DNA of 64,000 bases from Eledone cirrhosa (taxonomy: Eukaryota). How positions within the stretch are numbered: the first letter of the stretch is position 1; the number at the start of each line of letters is the position of its first letter. This document shows positions 1 to 14,245 of the stretch, one piece after another. The DNA lies in assembly GCA_964016885.1 (NCBI GenBank), contig OZ024746.1, forward strand, positions 24,180,001 to 24,244,000, written 5' to 3'. The notes below the pieces were generated by a model, which was given only the letters and a program-made list of their open reading frames with translations, made no database searches and was not told where the DNA came from. The position numbers were made by a program, and so were the translations under genes.

Positions 1-581
1 CTTTGGCATACAATGGGTGAATAATGTTGCAGTATGATTTGGGCACTCAAAGAGTTAGAAATGGAAAGAGAAAAAAAATGAGAATATGTGGAGAAAGAGA
101 TATAAAAAAAACCCTTAAAGATATGGATAAGAACATTGAATTTAGTATTTATGCTTTCTCAGCACACTTGCTATAATCATTGGCTCTACATGTTTTACAA
201 TTCAAATACAAATTTGTCATGCTCTATTTGGTTAAATATTTTTCTTTAATTTAACCGACAAATAGTCAGTCGCATAACCAAAAGTTGTGTAAAATTCCTT
301 ACAGAACAATGAAACTTTTGTTTGATTAAATAACTTGTAGAGTAAGGTTAGGAATAAAAAAAATTTATTTTTCAATTATAGTTTGCTGGTGTTTTTATTG
401 TATTTGTGAGTATATTTTCTTTATGTTTATGCATGTGTGTGGGTGAATGATTTTTTAAATTAAAGTATTGATTAAATTCAACATTGCCATTGATGGTGAA
501 TTGAATATCTACAACTGGAAATCTGTGTAATTTGAATTGCTTCATTTCCATCTCATGCACAAATAAAATTAAGCATATTTA

Positions 582-619
<38 letters not shown>

Positions 620-3389
620 AACACGCACACATAATAATAATAATGATGATAATAATAATAAAAATAATAATAAATAATAATAATAATATACAAGTAAGAA
701 TACAAAGCTAAAGAGGATTCCTAGAAGTTAATTAAATATGTAATTAATTAACTTCAATTCATAATGAGCAAAATTCCTCTCTCAACTTTAACATCAACAA
801 TACTTAACATGAGTAGATAGACAGCATGGATTTTACAGCTCCACATTAGTCTGATTATTTATTGATTAGTAATGAGACGGATGATGATGATAATGGTAAT
901 GATGATGACAATAAAGAAGTCATCATCATTATTATTATCATTATCATCATAAGTCTCATTATTATTATTATTATTATTAATGATACTAATCAATAAATAT
1001 CATTATAAAGAGAGTGAACTGGCAGAATCATTAGAGTGTCTGTAGCTCTTTCTGTTCTGAGTTCAAATCCTGCATATTTATATATATTTATTACAATTCT
1101 ATTATTGTTATTCCTAATGTTTTCACTTCAGTGATGTCCACTCTCCTTTACTTGGTGTAAACTCCACTATATGTGGTGTTGCTTTACAGTACTGGGGTGA
1201 GGGGTAAATTCAGTTACCTCAACCCACCCTCAAATGTTGACTCGGACTGTAACCCCCTTTCAACTTATGTCAGCATGGAAAAATGGTCATATAATGATGT
1301 TGATGATAACATTTTTTAATAACTACATTAGATCTCTGTCTAAAATCTAATATTTTAACTTTAGTCTGCTATTATGAGAAGCAATGTTCTAGAAAATACC
1401 ACATCAGTCATTCCGTGACTGTATTTCTAATGAAGCACACTGCTTCTGTGTGTCAATTAGTTTTTAATGTAATGAAGGATTTCAGTTAAATAACTAACTT
1501 ATTCATTATTAAACTGTTTTTTTCAGACAAGAGTTAACAAATGGTTCTTACATAAAATTACGATGGAATATTTCAATTTAAATATAAACACTGTAAAACG
1601 AGATATGTTGTATCATAGAATCAGATGCAGTCACAGACAGGGTGGTCTCAAAGGATTAAAACAAAAGGAAAATAGTTTATAAGTCAGAATACTTCTTTTT
1701 AGAAGCTTTTTTCTTGTGAATGTAATTAGAAACTATAACATAACAGAATCATTAGAGTATTGGACAAATTATCCTCCTCATCACCATTTTAATGTCTGCT
1801 TTCCCTGCTAGCAAGAGTTGGACATGTGTACATACACCAAGTCAGTACTGAAGCAGTGCTACTGATCTCCCAGACAGGCCAGGGATCTGCATCTCGCATA
1901 TGATCTCACATTCTACCGAGTGCACAAGAGAAGTTGTCATGTCTTTGACACAAACTGAAGCTTATATGGGGATCACATAACAAAAGGTTCTTATAATACA
2001 ATTATGAAGGGGTTTGCAGAGAATAGGGAAAAGGAAGAAGTTTTATGGGGCTCACAAAATTAACCACTTATTTAGCAGCAAAATGGCATTGAAACACTTC
2101 TTCAAACACTTTAAAATAAACAGCTTTGTATTGTAGAATGAGGGGCAATTTTTGGCAGTCTTGTATCATATAGTTAAGTTGGTGTTTAGGACATAAAGGT
2201 TGTTACATAAAATTATGATGGAAGATTTTTAGATAACTATAAACAATTTAAAATAAACAGATTTGTATTGTAGAACCAGAGGCAATTTTGGGCAGACAGT
2301 TGCTTAGAACATTATTATGAAAGATTTTTAGATAAATACTGATTGGTCCAAATCAACAAGATCCTAGGCTTTATTCACTTACCAAGTGAGGTGGTACTCA
2401 TCAGATCAGACCAAAGAAACAATGTTTCCATTGGTCTTTCCAATTGTTAGTACTATCTACTGGCCACAATTCCTAGCAGAAAGAGCAACATGAATTAAAG
2501 CGTCTTTCTCAAGGACACAACACATCAGGAATCAAACTCACAACCTCACAATTGTCAATCCAATTCTCTAACCACTAAGCCACCACCTTCACTTACATAA
2601 ACACTGTAAAATATGCAGCTTTGTATTGTAGAACCAGAGGCAATTGTGGGCAATCTGGTGTTTAGGACATAATTAAAAGGTTTTTAAATAAAATTATTAT
2701 GGAAGATTTTTAGATAAATATAAACACTTTAAAATATGCAACTTTGTATTGTAGAGTCATGGCAGGTTTCAGGCAGTTTAATATCAAATGGTTAACTCCC
2801 TTCCTCACGAATGGAGGCCTCTTGTCTAAGTGACAAATCAATATATTCAATTGTTTTTCACAAGTCACATCTTTCCTCCAAGAGACAAGAGAGCCTGGTC
2901 TTGTACTTTTAACAGTTTAGCTGTCAGCTATGACCAAAATTATGTTGTTATTAACTTAATTAGATTGAAAAATACTAAAATATTTTGTTTTTTTAAAAAT
3001 TTGTCTCTGGAGATTGAATTAATTAAAAATCATATTTAAAAGACATGATTAGAACAGAAGAAAACAGCCAAAAGGATTGACCACCACCACTACCATCATC
3101 AATATCACCACTAGCACCACCACCATCATCATCATCACTATCAACATCACCAGTACCACTATCAACAACATCATCAGCATTACTACCACTACTACCATCA
3201 AATCACCAGCACCACTATCACTGCCACCATCATCATCATCACCAATACCACTTTCAATATCATTACCAGCACTACTACCACCACCATTATCACAGCCATT
3301 GTTACTACTACAACTGCCCCTATCATCAACATCAGTTGCATTTTTGTATCCATTTTTCAATGCTTGCTTGAAGTGAATGGTTTTTTTTT

Positions 3390-3970
3390 TTTTTTCTTTT
3401 TGTAAAGCATCTTACCACTTGTAGGAGTGAACCTCTTAAGATCAGCCTTTTTATTTATTTCCACATCTTCCTCGGTCTTTCTTTTTTACATCTTCCTTCC
3501 ATTTGGATCAGCTGGCACTTCATCCACCTCTTACCATTCATATACATCACATGTCTGTACCAGTGCCATATCCACTCTAGCAAACTACATCTGATTCTTT
3601 TTATACCCAGATTTCCCCTCAGGTCATCCGTGTTTCATTTAACGTTACCCAGCCAATGGAACATACTTGCTATCATTTCTTTCCAGCTTTTGTACATCCT
3701 TCATGTTCAGTGCTTGTGCTTCACTTCCATGTAATATTGCTTCTCACTCAGGAAAAGAAATCCATAACCCCCCACAGAGATAATAGCTACCAGAACTTTA
3801 TCTACTATGTTCTTACTCTGGCCATTATGCTTTTGGCACTTTCAGCTGCATGCCCAACTAGGTCACCTAGGTAACAGAAGCTATCAGCTACTTCTATGGA
3901 GCTTTCTGAACATTTAAAACAATTTATTTCATGTTCTTATGGTTAACTGCACCTGTGCATCTGCTAAATA
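3390..3970 (-). mobile_element. Degenerate RTE-clade LINE ORF2 fragment (RT thumb to C-terminus)
   Basis: Minus strand 3853-3897 translates IEVADSFCYLGDLVG (F-x-YLG motif of non-LTR RTs). Downstream are stop-ridden IMARVR, WYRHVM and GRCKKERPRKMW segments typical of RTE ORF2 C-termini. Boundaries are approximate. Confidence 0.75.
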
Positions 3971-5131
3971 CAACGACTTCCTTCACTCTCAACTGCTTAT
4001 GATACAACTACATCTGTTGAGGAGGAGGAGAAAAATAAATGAAAAGGAAAAGAAAGAAAGAAGGGAAAAAAGGAGAAGAACAAGAAAAAAAAGAAAAAAG
4101 AAAGGGAAAAAAGGAGAATATGAAGAAAAAAGAAAGGGAAAAAAGGAGAATATGAAGAAAAAAGAAAAAAGAAGAAAGAAGAAGAAAGATGAGAGAAGAA
4201 AGGAAAAAAGAAATTATATTCTTTTATTGGTTCCATGCTTCTCTTGAAGTGATTTAGTTGATCACATTCACCCCTGTGCTTCATTATTTTAATCTGGAAA
4301 TTAATTTATCAATCTTTCATTTTGTTGAACTGAACTGTTAAGTTATGGGGCATGGATACAGATACAGACAAAAATTTAAGCACTCAAACATAAGCCCATA
4401 TCTTTGTCCGGATGTTGTTCCAGGAATAAGGAAGTCTTTCTATGGTCATAGCTATTTTTCATTGAACTGCCAAACTTTGAAATTCTCTTCCATCTCATTG
4501 TTTTCCTCCTCCTCATGACCTCAACTCTTTCAAGTCTAAAGTAAATTCATTCCTTTCGTCTTAATTTCTCATTCTTCGTAGTCCCTTACACTAAGTAACT
4601 TGAGAAAACCATCACAAGAACAGCCATTAAAACAGTCAAATGCTATCAAAGTTTTTTCTCATTTTTATATGTATTTAAATACACTCATGTTTCTGCCTCC
4701 CAAACTTCACTGACAAGACATTAGTCAACCGAAGGTAAGACTATAGTAGAAGACACTTGCTCAAGGTGCCACATAGTGGGACTGAACAAGAAATCCTGTA
4801 GTTGCAAAACGAACTCTTTAACCACACAACCATGCTTGGTGGTCATTTATTTATGATTTTCATTTGAATATTTAATAGTTTAATGAATTAAAGTAGAGTT
4901 TAATAAAGTTCCATTACACTGATTGATATTGATATTTAATTAGCCCTCTCTCAAGTAAAGGTTAGTTAAATTTAAAATTATCTTTGTTGGTGGTGTTTTT
5001 TTTTTTTTTTTTGTTTTTAATTTTTGTAAATAGCTTGAAAGTGCTATAACCATGTACTTTACAGATCTTTTGGATATTTCTACCAAACTTGTATTACAGT
5101 ATGTGTGTGCATGTGTACGTATGTGTGTATC

Positions 5132-5188
<57 letters not shown>

Positions 5189-5194
<6 letters not shown>

Positions 5195-5617
5195 GTAATC
5201 TGAGTTTTTCGAATATTAATAATAATATTCGATTTGTTTGCAATTATGCAAACAACCTCTTTAAAGCCATGTCAGTAGAATGAGCCCCTCATACTTGCTC
5301 TTGTGTTGGCATATAAACAGAATGGCAGACACTAATATTTCTGGGTGATTACCCTTCATCAGTGCCGTATACTGTTTACCTGCCAACTGTCAGAGCTAGT
5401 GAAAATATATATTTTCTAAAGTATACAGTGACTGATCAGCCTGATTTGCATATTAGCTGACTGGCTGATCAGTCAGATCTGCATATTAGCAGATAGACCA
5501 GTGAGTTTCATGTATACAAGCGATTAATGGCCGGCTTTGCCATATTCAAATCACTAACAAAAAACTCAGATTACATTTATTGTATTCAGCCATGTAGAGT
5601 GATAAAGCTATTTGTTA

Positions 5618-5622
<5 letters not shown>
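5189..5622 (-). mobile_element. Small hammerhead-bearing non-autonomous element (retrozyme monomer or Penelope-like pLTR remnant) within a (TA)n tract
   Basis: Unique island between (TA)n runs. It has a 21-bp inverted repeat (5189-5209 / 5560-5580), an internal hammerhead core, several hairpins and an octamer ATTTGCAT at 5444-5451. Confidence 0.65.
5314..5378 (-). ncRNA. Type I hammerhead ribozyme, slightly degenerate
   Basis: Minus strand: UAAACAG-uauac-GGCA-CUGAUGA-a-GGGU-aauc-ACCC-a-GAAA-UAUUAGU-GUC^-UGCC-auu-CUGUUUA. Stem I is GGCA/UGCC plus a distal 7 bp, stem II is GGGU/ACCC, and the cleavage triplet is GUC. There is an A.A mismatch at 10.1/11.1 and U.G pairs in stem III. Confidence 0.7.
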
Positions 5623-5681
<59 letters not shown>

Positions 5682-5686
<5 letters not shown>

Positions 5687-6012
5687 GTTAGAGCATTGGC
5701 CTTGCAATCGAAATGTTGTGAGTTCAATTCTCAGACCGGGTGATGTGTTGTTTCCTTGAGCAAGACACTTTATTTCACATTGCTCCAGTTTACTCAGCTG
5801 TAGAAATGAGATGATAGGGACTGGGGTCCCTATCATTCCACTGCAAAGTGGTCGTGGAGGTGCCACGGCAAAAAAGCACCCAGCACTCACTGTAAATGAG
5901 GTTGGTGTTAGGAAGGGCATCCAGCTGTAGAAATCAAGCCACAATCAGTTTCCGTTTATCCCTTGCAAGCAGGGAAAAAGCGGACGTAAAATGAAATGAT
6001 GATGATGATGAA

Positions 6013-6015
<3 letters not shown>
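5682..6015 (+). mobile_element. Young tRNA-derived SINE, copy 1 (5' truncated)
   Basis: Partial A box (TAGTGG), B box GAGTTCAATTC, CCTTGAGCAAGACACTT central block and (ATG)n tail. Nearly identical to 37679-38026 and 47046-47390. Confidence 0.85.
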
Positions 6016-6072
<57 letters not shown>

Positions 6073-7444
6073 CATTAAAGACAGTATTTGTTAGTACATA
6101 TTGCAATGGTGTTGAGTTTCTATAGCATGGAGTATTATCAAATAACAGAAGACTTCAAGAGAGGACATTGATCTCCGTGTTAAGTTAACACAGGTTAAAG
6201 TTTTCTTTTCAAACCTAGAGGTCCATAAAGACTGGAGCTTATATGAATTTCATTGTTATTAAGAGAACAAGACTTCACACCAGGATGGGACACTAGCCTG
6301 TCATAATGTTAAAATGTTAAGTCCCTGCTGTTGATGGATTAGAACAATGTGAAATAGCATCTTACTCAAGGACATAAGGTTCCACCCCATCCAGAGATCA
6401 AAGCTATTTCCTTATGACTATGAGACCAACACCTAACCAGTAGGCAGTGTACCTTCACCACAGAGCTCTGAGGTTCAACACCTAATATTGAAAGAATGGG
6501 GGTGAGGGTGAAAAGATCTTGATAAACTTAGATTGGTATAAAGAAAATAGACAAGAAACTTTCAGTCCTAAATTGAGATAATAGCTGATGTTCATAAGCA
6601 TACATCTTTGTCAGAAGATTCTCATTTCATCATCATCACCATCATGTTCACCATTACCATCATCAGCACCACCCTCATCATTATCACCACCACAACCATC
6701 ACCTGCATCACCATCGTCCCTATTATCATCCTCACTACCATTACCATCATCAGCACCATAATCACAACTATCTTCATTATTACCACCACCCTCATCATTA
6801 CCACCACCACAACCATCATCATCATTGTCATTATCCTCATCACCACTACTATCATCATTTTTTCTATTTTCCATACTGGCATATTTTGGATGGATTGCCA
6901 CATCTTATTCCTACTTTTCATATTTTTTGTATGGTTTCTACAGCTGGATACCCTTCCTAACACCAATCACCTTGCCAAGTGTACAGAGTTAACTTTATTG
7001 TAGCAACCACACAACCACTTTGTAAAGTATTCTGGATGTATTTTATCAGGGCACCATCAGTAAGCAAAAAAAAAAAAACAACAACGATTTTAATTTTATG
7101 ATATGTCACTCATAAGACATGGGGTCATGGCAGAAATGTTGAAATGTTAAATATATTTAGAAAATGTTTGCAATTTCTCATATTTCGAGAGATAGCAAAG
7201 GTCAGTGGAGCAATTTTATCCAAATATAAATCATGAAATGTGTTATCAGTGGGAGCTGATACACATATTTAATCAAGCAAAGTTAACCTTCACTATAAAT
7301 GACAATAAAGATATAGTTGGTGGCAACATTAATCAGCAATTTATGTAAATGCACCCTGTACGCTCAGGTTTGTGTCCTTGAGCAATACGCTTTATTTCAC
7401 ATTGTTCTAGTATACTCCTCTGACAAAAGAAAGTTGTAGCTCTA

Positions 7445-10325
7445 ATTTATGGAGCCAGCATACATTTCTTGATAAGAAAGCTCTACCTACAAGTGTGTGT
7501 ATATGTGTATCTATGACATGTAAAGCACACCCAGTCCACCCTGTCAGATGGTTGTGGTGATGCCATGAAAAAGCTCCCAGTCCACCCTGTCAGTAGGTAG
7601 TGGTAGTGCCACGAAAAAAGCTCCAGTTATGTAGTAGTTGGTATTAGGAAGGACATCCAACTAGAAAACCAAGCAAAAATGGATTGTATGAGCAAGACAT
7701 GGTCACCTGATAAGTCTAGGCCTCATAACATGACAGCCCATCTGACCCAAGCAAGCAAAGAAAATATAGTTAAACAGTGCTGATGACACATTTATACAAG
7801 AGGAGGGGGGCGTCTAGATGAGTTATTCCTAAAATAATTTAGGTTTAAAATTAATCTCATTGATCTAAATACATTAATTTTCTGCATAAATTAACATTCA
7901 ATCACACACACACACACACACACTGACACATGCACAGATAGACAAACACACAGATTCATACACATATAGACACTCTCAGACACACAAACATGCAGACACT
8001 TTCAGATGCACACACTCACTCACACATTCACAAACATAGACACTCAGACAGACGAGAATTTAAGAAATAGAATTTTTTAAATAATCAAGAATTTGGAGGG
8101 ACTTAGTAATATAACTAACTGAAACATTAGCCTTCCTTTCTTACTGACAGCATAATCTCCCAAAATATATTTGCATTCTCCCATCATATTCTCGCTCCAT
8201 TTAATCATTCACTCTGATTCTTCTTCAGCCATTGCTCTCTCGTCTATTCACTTTCTTGGCTTCCATGTCCTGAATGAACAGAAATAACATTGAGCAGAGA
8301 CTTATCTTTAGTCTTGCAAGATTCAAGGCAACCTCACAAATGTTGATACCACAGTAAAATAACAGGAACCTGAAAAACATGTGGTAGGGGTGTTGGACTT
8401 ACGATCAAAATGTTGTGGGTTCAATTTCTGGATGGGGTTGTGTGTTGTGTTCTTGAGAAAAACACTTCCTTTCACATTGCTCCAGTATACTCAGCTAAAA
8501 ACGAGTACCACCAGGAATGACTGAACGCTTTAACCCTGCAATGGATTGGCGTTCTGTCCAGTGAGGAGTCTTGTACTCTCAGTCACTTCATGCCATGGAA
8601 ACCGAGATAAGAACTGGTCTGATTTATGGAGCCAGCATACATTTCTTGATAAGAAAGCTCTACCTACAAGTGTGTGTATATGTGTATCTATGACATGTAA
8701 AACACACCCAGTCCACCCTGTCAGTAGGTAGTGGTGGTACCACGAAAAAAGCTCCAGTTATATAGTAGTTGGTATTTGGAAGGACATCCAACTATAGAAA
8801 ACCAAGCCAAAAATGGATTGTATGAGCAAGACATGGCCACCTGATAAGTCTAGGCCTCATAACATGATAGCCCATCTGACCCAAGCAAGCAAAGAAAATA
8901 TAGTTAAACAGTGCTGATGACACATTTATGCAGGGGGGGGGGGGGGGCGTCCAAATTAGTTATTCCTAAAATAATTTAGGTTTAAAATTAATCTCATTGA
9001 TCTAAATACATTAATTTTCTGCATAAATTAACAGTCAATCACACACACAGACACTGACACATGCACAGATAGACAAAGATTCATACACATATAGACACTC
9101 TCAGACACACACACCCACTGACACACAAACATGCAAACACTTTCAGATGCACACACTCACTCACACAGACAGACGAGAATTTAAGAAATAGAATTTTTTA
9201 AATAATCAAGAATTTGGAGGGACTTAGTAATATAACTAACTGAAACATTAGTCTTCCTTTCTTACTGACAGCAAAAATAATTTATTTCCATTTTGTGAAG
9301 TTTTTGTATCAGAAGATAAATTTGATAGTATGCTAAACTTCAGTTATTCTCAAAGTCACTAGGAGGTTATTGGTGCAGTTGTTGTGGTGTGCACACTTGT
9401 GCAGCTTTAACCAGTCTCTTATGAGATGCAATCTTATAGGAGATGTTATTTCTATTGAAAGAGACTGCCTATGATTTTCAAATCATTTTGAAAAATAATC
9501 AAGAATTTGGAGTGATTTAGTAATACAGCTAACTTTCTCATTAAACTGGTATTTAGAGCATAATAGTTCTTACATAAAATGATGGTTATTAGTGTATGAT
9601 GATAGTAAGTCATTGAAGTAGGTTATCAGTGTTGCAGTTTTCTATATTATAAAGTTAAGGAAATGGTGGCGATTTAATACTATAATTCTTATGATAGCAT
9701 TGTGTATGAGGAGATGAGGAGAGATTTAGGACTCAGAAATTCAGATTAGTACAATAAGGATAGTATTATGAAAAGGCTATGGCATCACAAAATATTGAGG
9801 CTTAAAGATCCATTCATTTTTTTTTTTACTTTTTCTTTTTTGGAATTCAATAAATATTATAACATCTCTCCCAAAATATATTTGCGTTCTCCCATCATAT
9901 TCTCGCTCCATTTAATCATTCACTCTGATTCTTCTTCAGCCATTGCTCTCTCGTCTCTTGGCTTCCATGTCCTGAATGAACAGAAATAACATTGAGCAGA
10001 GACTTATCTTTAGTCTTGCAAGATTCAAGGCAACCTCACAAATGTTGATACCACAGTAAAATAACAGGAACCTGAAAAACATGTGGTAGGGGTGTTGGAC
10101 TTACGATGAAAATGTTGTGGGTTCAATTTCTGGATGGGGTTGTGTGTTGTGTTCTTGAGAAAAACACTTCCTTTCACATTGCTCCAGTATACTCAGCTAA
10201 AAACGAGTACCACCAGGAATGACTGAAGGCTTTAACCCTACAATGGATTGGCGTTCTGTCCAGTGAGGAGTCTTGTACTCTCAGTCACTTCATGCCATGG
10301 AAACCGAGATAAGAACTGGTCTGAT
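7445..10325. repeat. Local tandem duplication A-C-A'-X-C'
   Basis: 7445-8152 matches 8622-9273 and 8156-8624 matches 9867-10325 at high identity. Segment 9274-9866 is absent from the first copy. Confidence 0.9.
8380..8624 (+). mobile_element. Older tRNA-derived SINE (duplicated at 10080-10325)
   Basis: GTGGTAGGGGTGTTGGAC ... GGGTTCAATTTC (A/B-box-like), followed by the CTTGAGAAAAACACTT-CATTGCTCCAGT central block. Confidence 0.7.
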
Positions 10326-12179
10326 GATGCCCCCCGCCCCACCTCCCACCAAGTATGAGACAGACTTTAAAATATTTTTTTTTTTAGAACTTGACCAATT
10401 TGACAGTGTTTTGCTTTTGTTTAGATTCTTTTAAGGTTACATGAGAAGAGGAAGGAGCAGCAGCTATGCCATTCTGCAGGGTCTCCATGACTGTTGGAGG
10501 GAAGTGAGGAGGAAGTCAAGATTCATATATTATTGCTGTAGGAAACAGAACATCAAGATAGGGAGTTATGTCCACAATATCTCAACAACTAACCCTTATG
10601 ATTGTCGCATTTGATTGTGAATTTCCCCCTCCCTTTTCTTTCTTTTTTATGTCGTTTTTTATCTCTTTTTTGTGTGTTTATATTTGTATCTATATTTGTT
10701 TGTGTTTTCATTCTCTAAACCTTAACTCCCTTTTTAAGCCCTAAACAATCCATACCAACATATCTCAACAAGTCAACAACATCAACTCTAACCCAAATAT
10801 CACCTCCTCCTCCACACATACAGCTATTGTAATCACTTTGAAACCAATCCTCTAAACTTCCCTTCCACCACCTATATATCATCACCACAATATGTTCACA
10901 CATCAATGAAAAAAACAAATCAGTGTTACAAACTCTTTAAAAAAAAGCCGAGTGGAATCAGTTCCAGCAAGAAACAGAATCAAGATTTGTAGAATTCAAT
11001 AATATCAGTGAAGTGAAAACAGTGAGATATCAGATGTGAATTCTACACCTTAACCAAAGGTGCTTCTTGAGTAGATCTATACATATTGAACTGTATTAAT
11101 AGAACATTATTTATAGAAGATAGGTTCTATTTGTCTACAGACTAACTACTGTGTGTTTCAATGCAGCAGATATCAAATGAATTACACGAACTGTTCAAGA
11201 ACATAATATCACAATCAGTATCACCAACATGCATGTTGCAATACATACATACATTCAACAGAATAGTTATCGATACATACCTCCCAGAAAAAAACATATC
11301 CCACAAGGTTACAAAAAATATTTGACTGCAATTACACAGCAGAAATAGCCCTCATAAAAATCTAGAGATCACCTCAAACACAACACACTAACAATATAAC
11401 ATATACAAGAGAAATAACTAGAGGATTCTGAATATTACAGTTGCATATTCTAGAAGGTAGATTACATAAGCAAATCTTTAGTTATTTTATAATAAATCTA
11501 TTTATCTATGTTCTACAGTTGTTCAATAAGGACATCAACTATGACAATCTCGCTGGTCTTGGGAGAGTCAATGAAGGCTATGGGTACAGCATCTCCCTTC
11601 ATACCAAATTATTCAATATATGCTTTTATATAAGTTATATTCAGATGGAATTACAAAGTATTATTCAAGAATTTCTCATTCATTCACTTAACTATTGCAT
11701 CTAAAAATAGAATTTTCGAAGGAGGCAGAGATCCAATAACACGAGTGGTATTATACTGGGTAAGCACAACAGTAAACTTAAAAAATAAATAAATACACTC
11801 TCTTAAAATATTAAAAAACTTGGCAGAGAGCAAATGTTTGTGAACAGTTGTAGACAAATATGGAAGCCTATACAGGAGTCCATTGAATTTGACTTAAATT
11901 CTACAAGAAAGGATAAATATGGTGGCCAAAATGAACAATTTATCAGACAGACAAAATCTTTTAGGCAGATATTTAGAAAACAAACATCTTTTTTTGTTTT
12001 TAGTTGCAATACAAACTAATGTGCAAAACCTTTGGAGGAATGTTTCTTGATAGAGTGTAGCTCGGAGATCAGAGAGTCTAATCAGGTAGAGCTACTACTT
12101 ATCTGAATTTAGAGATCATAGAGCTCTGATACTCGGATATGTGGACACAATGTCTCAGGAAAGAATCACTGGACAGATT

Positions 12180-12385
12180 TTATGGGCAAAACCAACCATC
12201 ATGAGATCTAGAAATTAACACTGAGCAAGATGGTTGAATAATATCCATGGGCTTGGCTGGTCTTGCTTGGAGATCCAGCCAGATCAATTGGAGACAGTTG
12301 CTTCTGACAGGACATGCTGGAAGGAGTACTTGAGTCTCTACCCCTTGACCTTCTCAAAAATAAGTGGGAGAAGAAGCAGAAGAAA
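12180..12385 (+). mobile_element. RTE-type LINE 3' end fragment (related copies at ~19600-19800 +, ~20820-20990 +, ~61510-61680 -)
   Basis: Shared AGCAAGATGGTTGGATAACATC ... GATCCAGC ... CAATTGGAGA block. The 19.6-kb copy translates AKPTGRRPRG*PQARWLDNI, an RTE C-terminal motif. Confidence 0.65.
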
Positions 12386-12764
12386 CATGAACACGCTAGG
12401 ATTGAACCCAGTGTCTTATAATTTTAAAACAAATTTCTTTAGACAATATTATAAATATCTATTTATCAATTTCTATTACTTTGCTGTTTGTTAAGACCAA
12501 ATATCTTTGTTAATATTCCAGGATGAACGGGTGATATTGTCTGTTACCTCAAGAGAACCATAACTGCTATCTTTATATTCTCTGGAATGGAAAGGAACTG
12601 TCATGAAGGTGTGAAGCCTAGTGGTTAGGGTGTTGAATTCGTGATCACAAGATCATGAATTCGATTCTTGGTCTGGGTGGTATGTTTAGTTTTTGAGCAT
12701 GATTCTTCATTTTACGATTTTCATGATAGAACTGAGTCACATTATTAAAACACCAAAACAACTT

Positions 12765-13500
12765 CTATAAGATACAACTCATAGAAGGAAAGCTAAACAT
12801 GCACAAGTGTAAGTTATAAATTTCATTTCATGGTAGGACTAGGTCCCCTATTTTTTTAAACACCAAATGAGGAGAACTAAACCTACACAACTGTAAGCTG
12901 TAAATTTTGTTTCATGATAGGACAGGGACCTTTATTGTACAAAAAAAGAAAGAAAAAAAAAAAGAAAAAAAAAACACCCACGAAATCTCCTTTAGCATAC
13001 AACCTCATAGAAGGATAGGTAAACCTACACAAGTGTGAACTCCAAATTTCATTTCATGATAGAACTGGGCTACCTATCATAAAATAATAAGCACCCAGGA
13101 ACCCTTCTATGAGATACAGCCTCATAGAAGGCAAGCTAAACTGCACAAGTGTGAATTATAAATTTCATTTCATGAAAGGTCTGGGTCCCCTATTATTAAA
13201 ACACCAAAGAAACTTATAAGATACAATCTCATAGAAGGAGAGCTAAACCTACAAAGTGTGAACTGCAAATTTTATCCATGATAGAACAGGGCCCCTTATG
13301 ATAAAAACAAACAGGAAACCTCCCTTGGGATATATTTTCATAGAAGGATAGCTAAACCTGCACAAGCCTCAGATTCATCATTCCATGGTAAATGTGAGGT
13401 TCCTATCAGTAAAACATCTGAAAAACCTCCTTTGAAATACACCATAGAAGGCCTGTTAAACCTACATAGTTGTGAGCAGTAAATTTCATTTTTATAAATG
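12765..13500. repeat. Degenerate ~100-120 bp tandem repeat (about 6-7 copies)
   Basis: Recurring CTCATAGAAGGA-AGCTAAACCT-CACAAGTGTGAA-AAATTTCATTTCATGATAG-CTGGGTCCC motif. Confidence 0.8.
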
Positions 13501-13866
13501 TTAAGAGGAAATATTATAAATAATTCTTTATTTCTATTATTTTGCTGTTTGTTAAGACCAAATATCATTTTAAATATTCCAGGATGAATGGTGAATGGGT
13601 GATATTGTATGTTGGTTTAATGGGAAGTATAACTGCTATCTTTATTCTCTGGAGTGGAAAAAAAAAAACTATCACAGAGAATAAGATAGCTCTATAATTT
13701 TTCCATTTTTTCCCCTTTTTCTTCCCTTCATTTTCTATATTACATTTTCTTCTTTTTTTTTATTTATTAATTTATTAATTTATTTTTATCTTATTTATTT
13801 TTTCTTCTTTTTCTTTTACGTGATCATTTTAACCTGCTGCTTTGATTAATTGCAAAAATGATGGTG

Positions 13867-13899
<33 letters not shown>

Positions 13900-14245
13900 T
13901 AATAAAAATAATTAAAAAAAGAAAATATCCAAAAAGCTTTTCAGAATTTATAGCAGAACATTTCTTCTTTCTTTCTTTCTTTGTCCTTTTTATTTATTTA
14001 TTTGTTTGCTTGTCCTCCCCGCAACACCTCCACCACTATCACTACTACCACCACCACCACCACTACTACCACCACCGCCACTACTACCACCACCCACCGC
14101 CACTACTACCACCACCACCATTACCACCACCGCCACTACTCTTTTAAACACTCTGCAATATAAATAACACTACAATGTATTTTATTACACACTTGAAACA
14201 AAGCTACAACAAACATAAATATTAAATGACGACTGTCATTCTTCA

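Noticed and set aside
3939-4284. Lys/Arg-rich and Phe-rich ORFs
   Set aside because: Purine-rich (GAAA) low-complexity tract.
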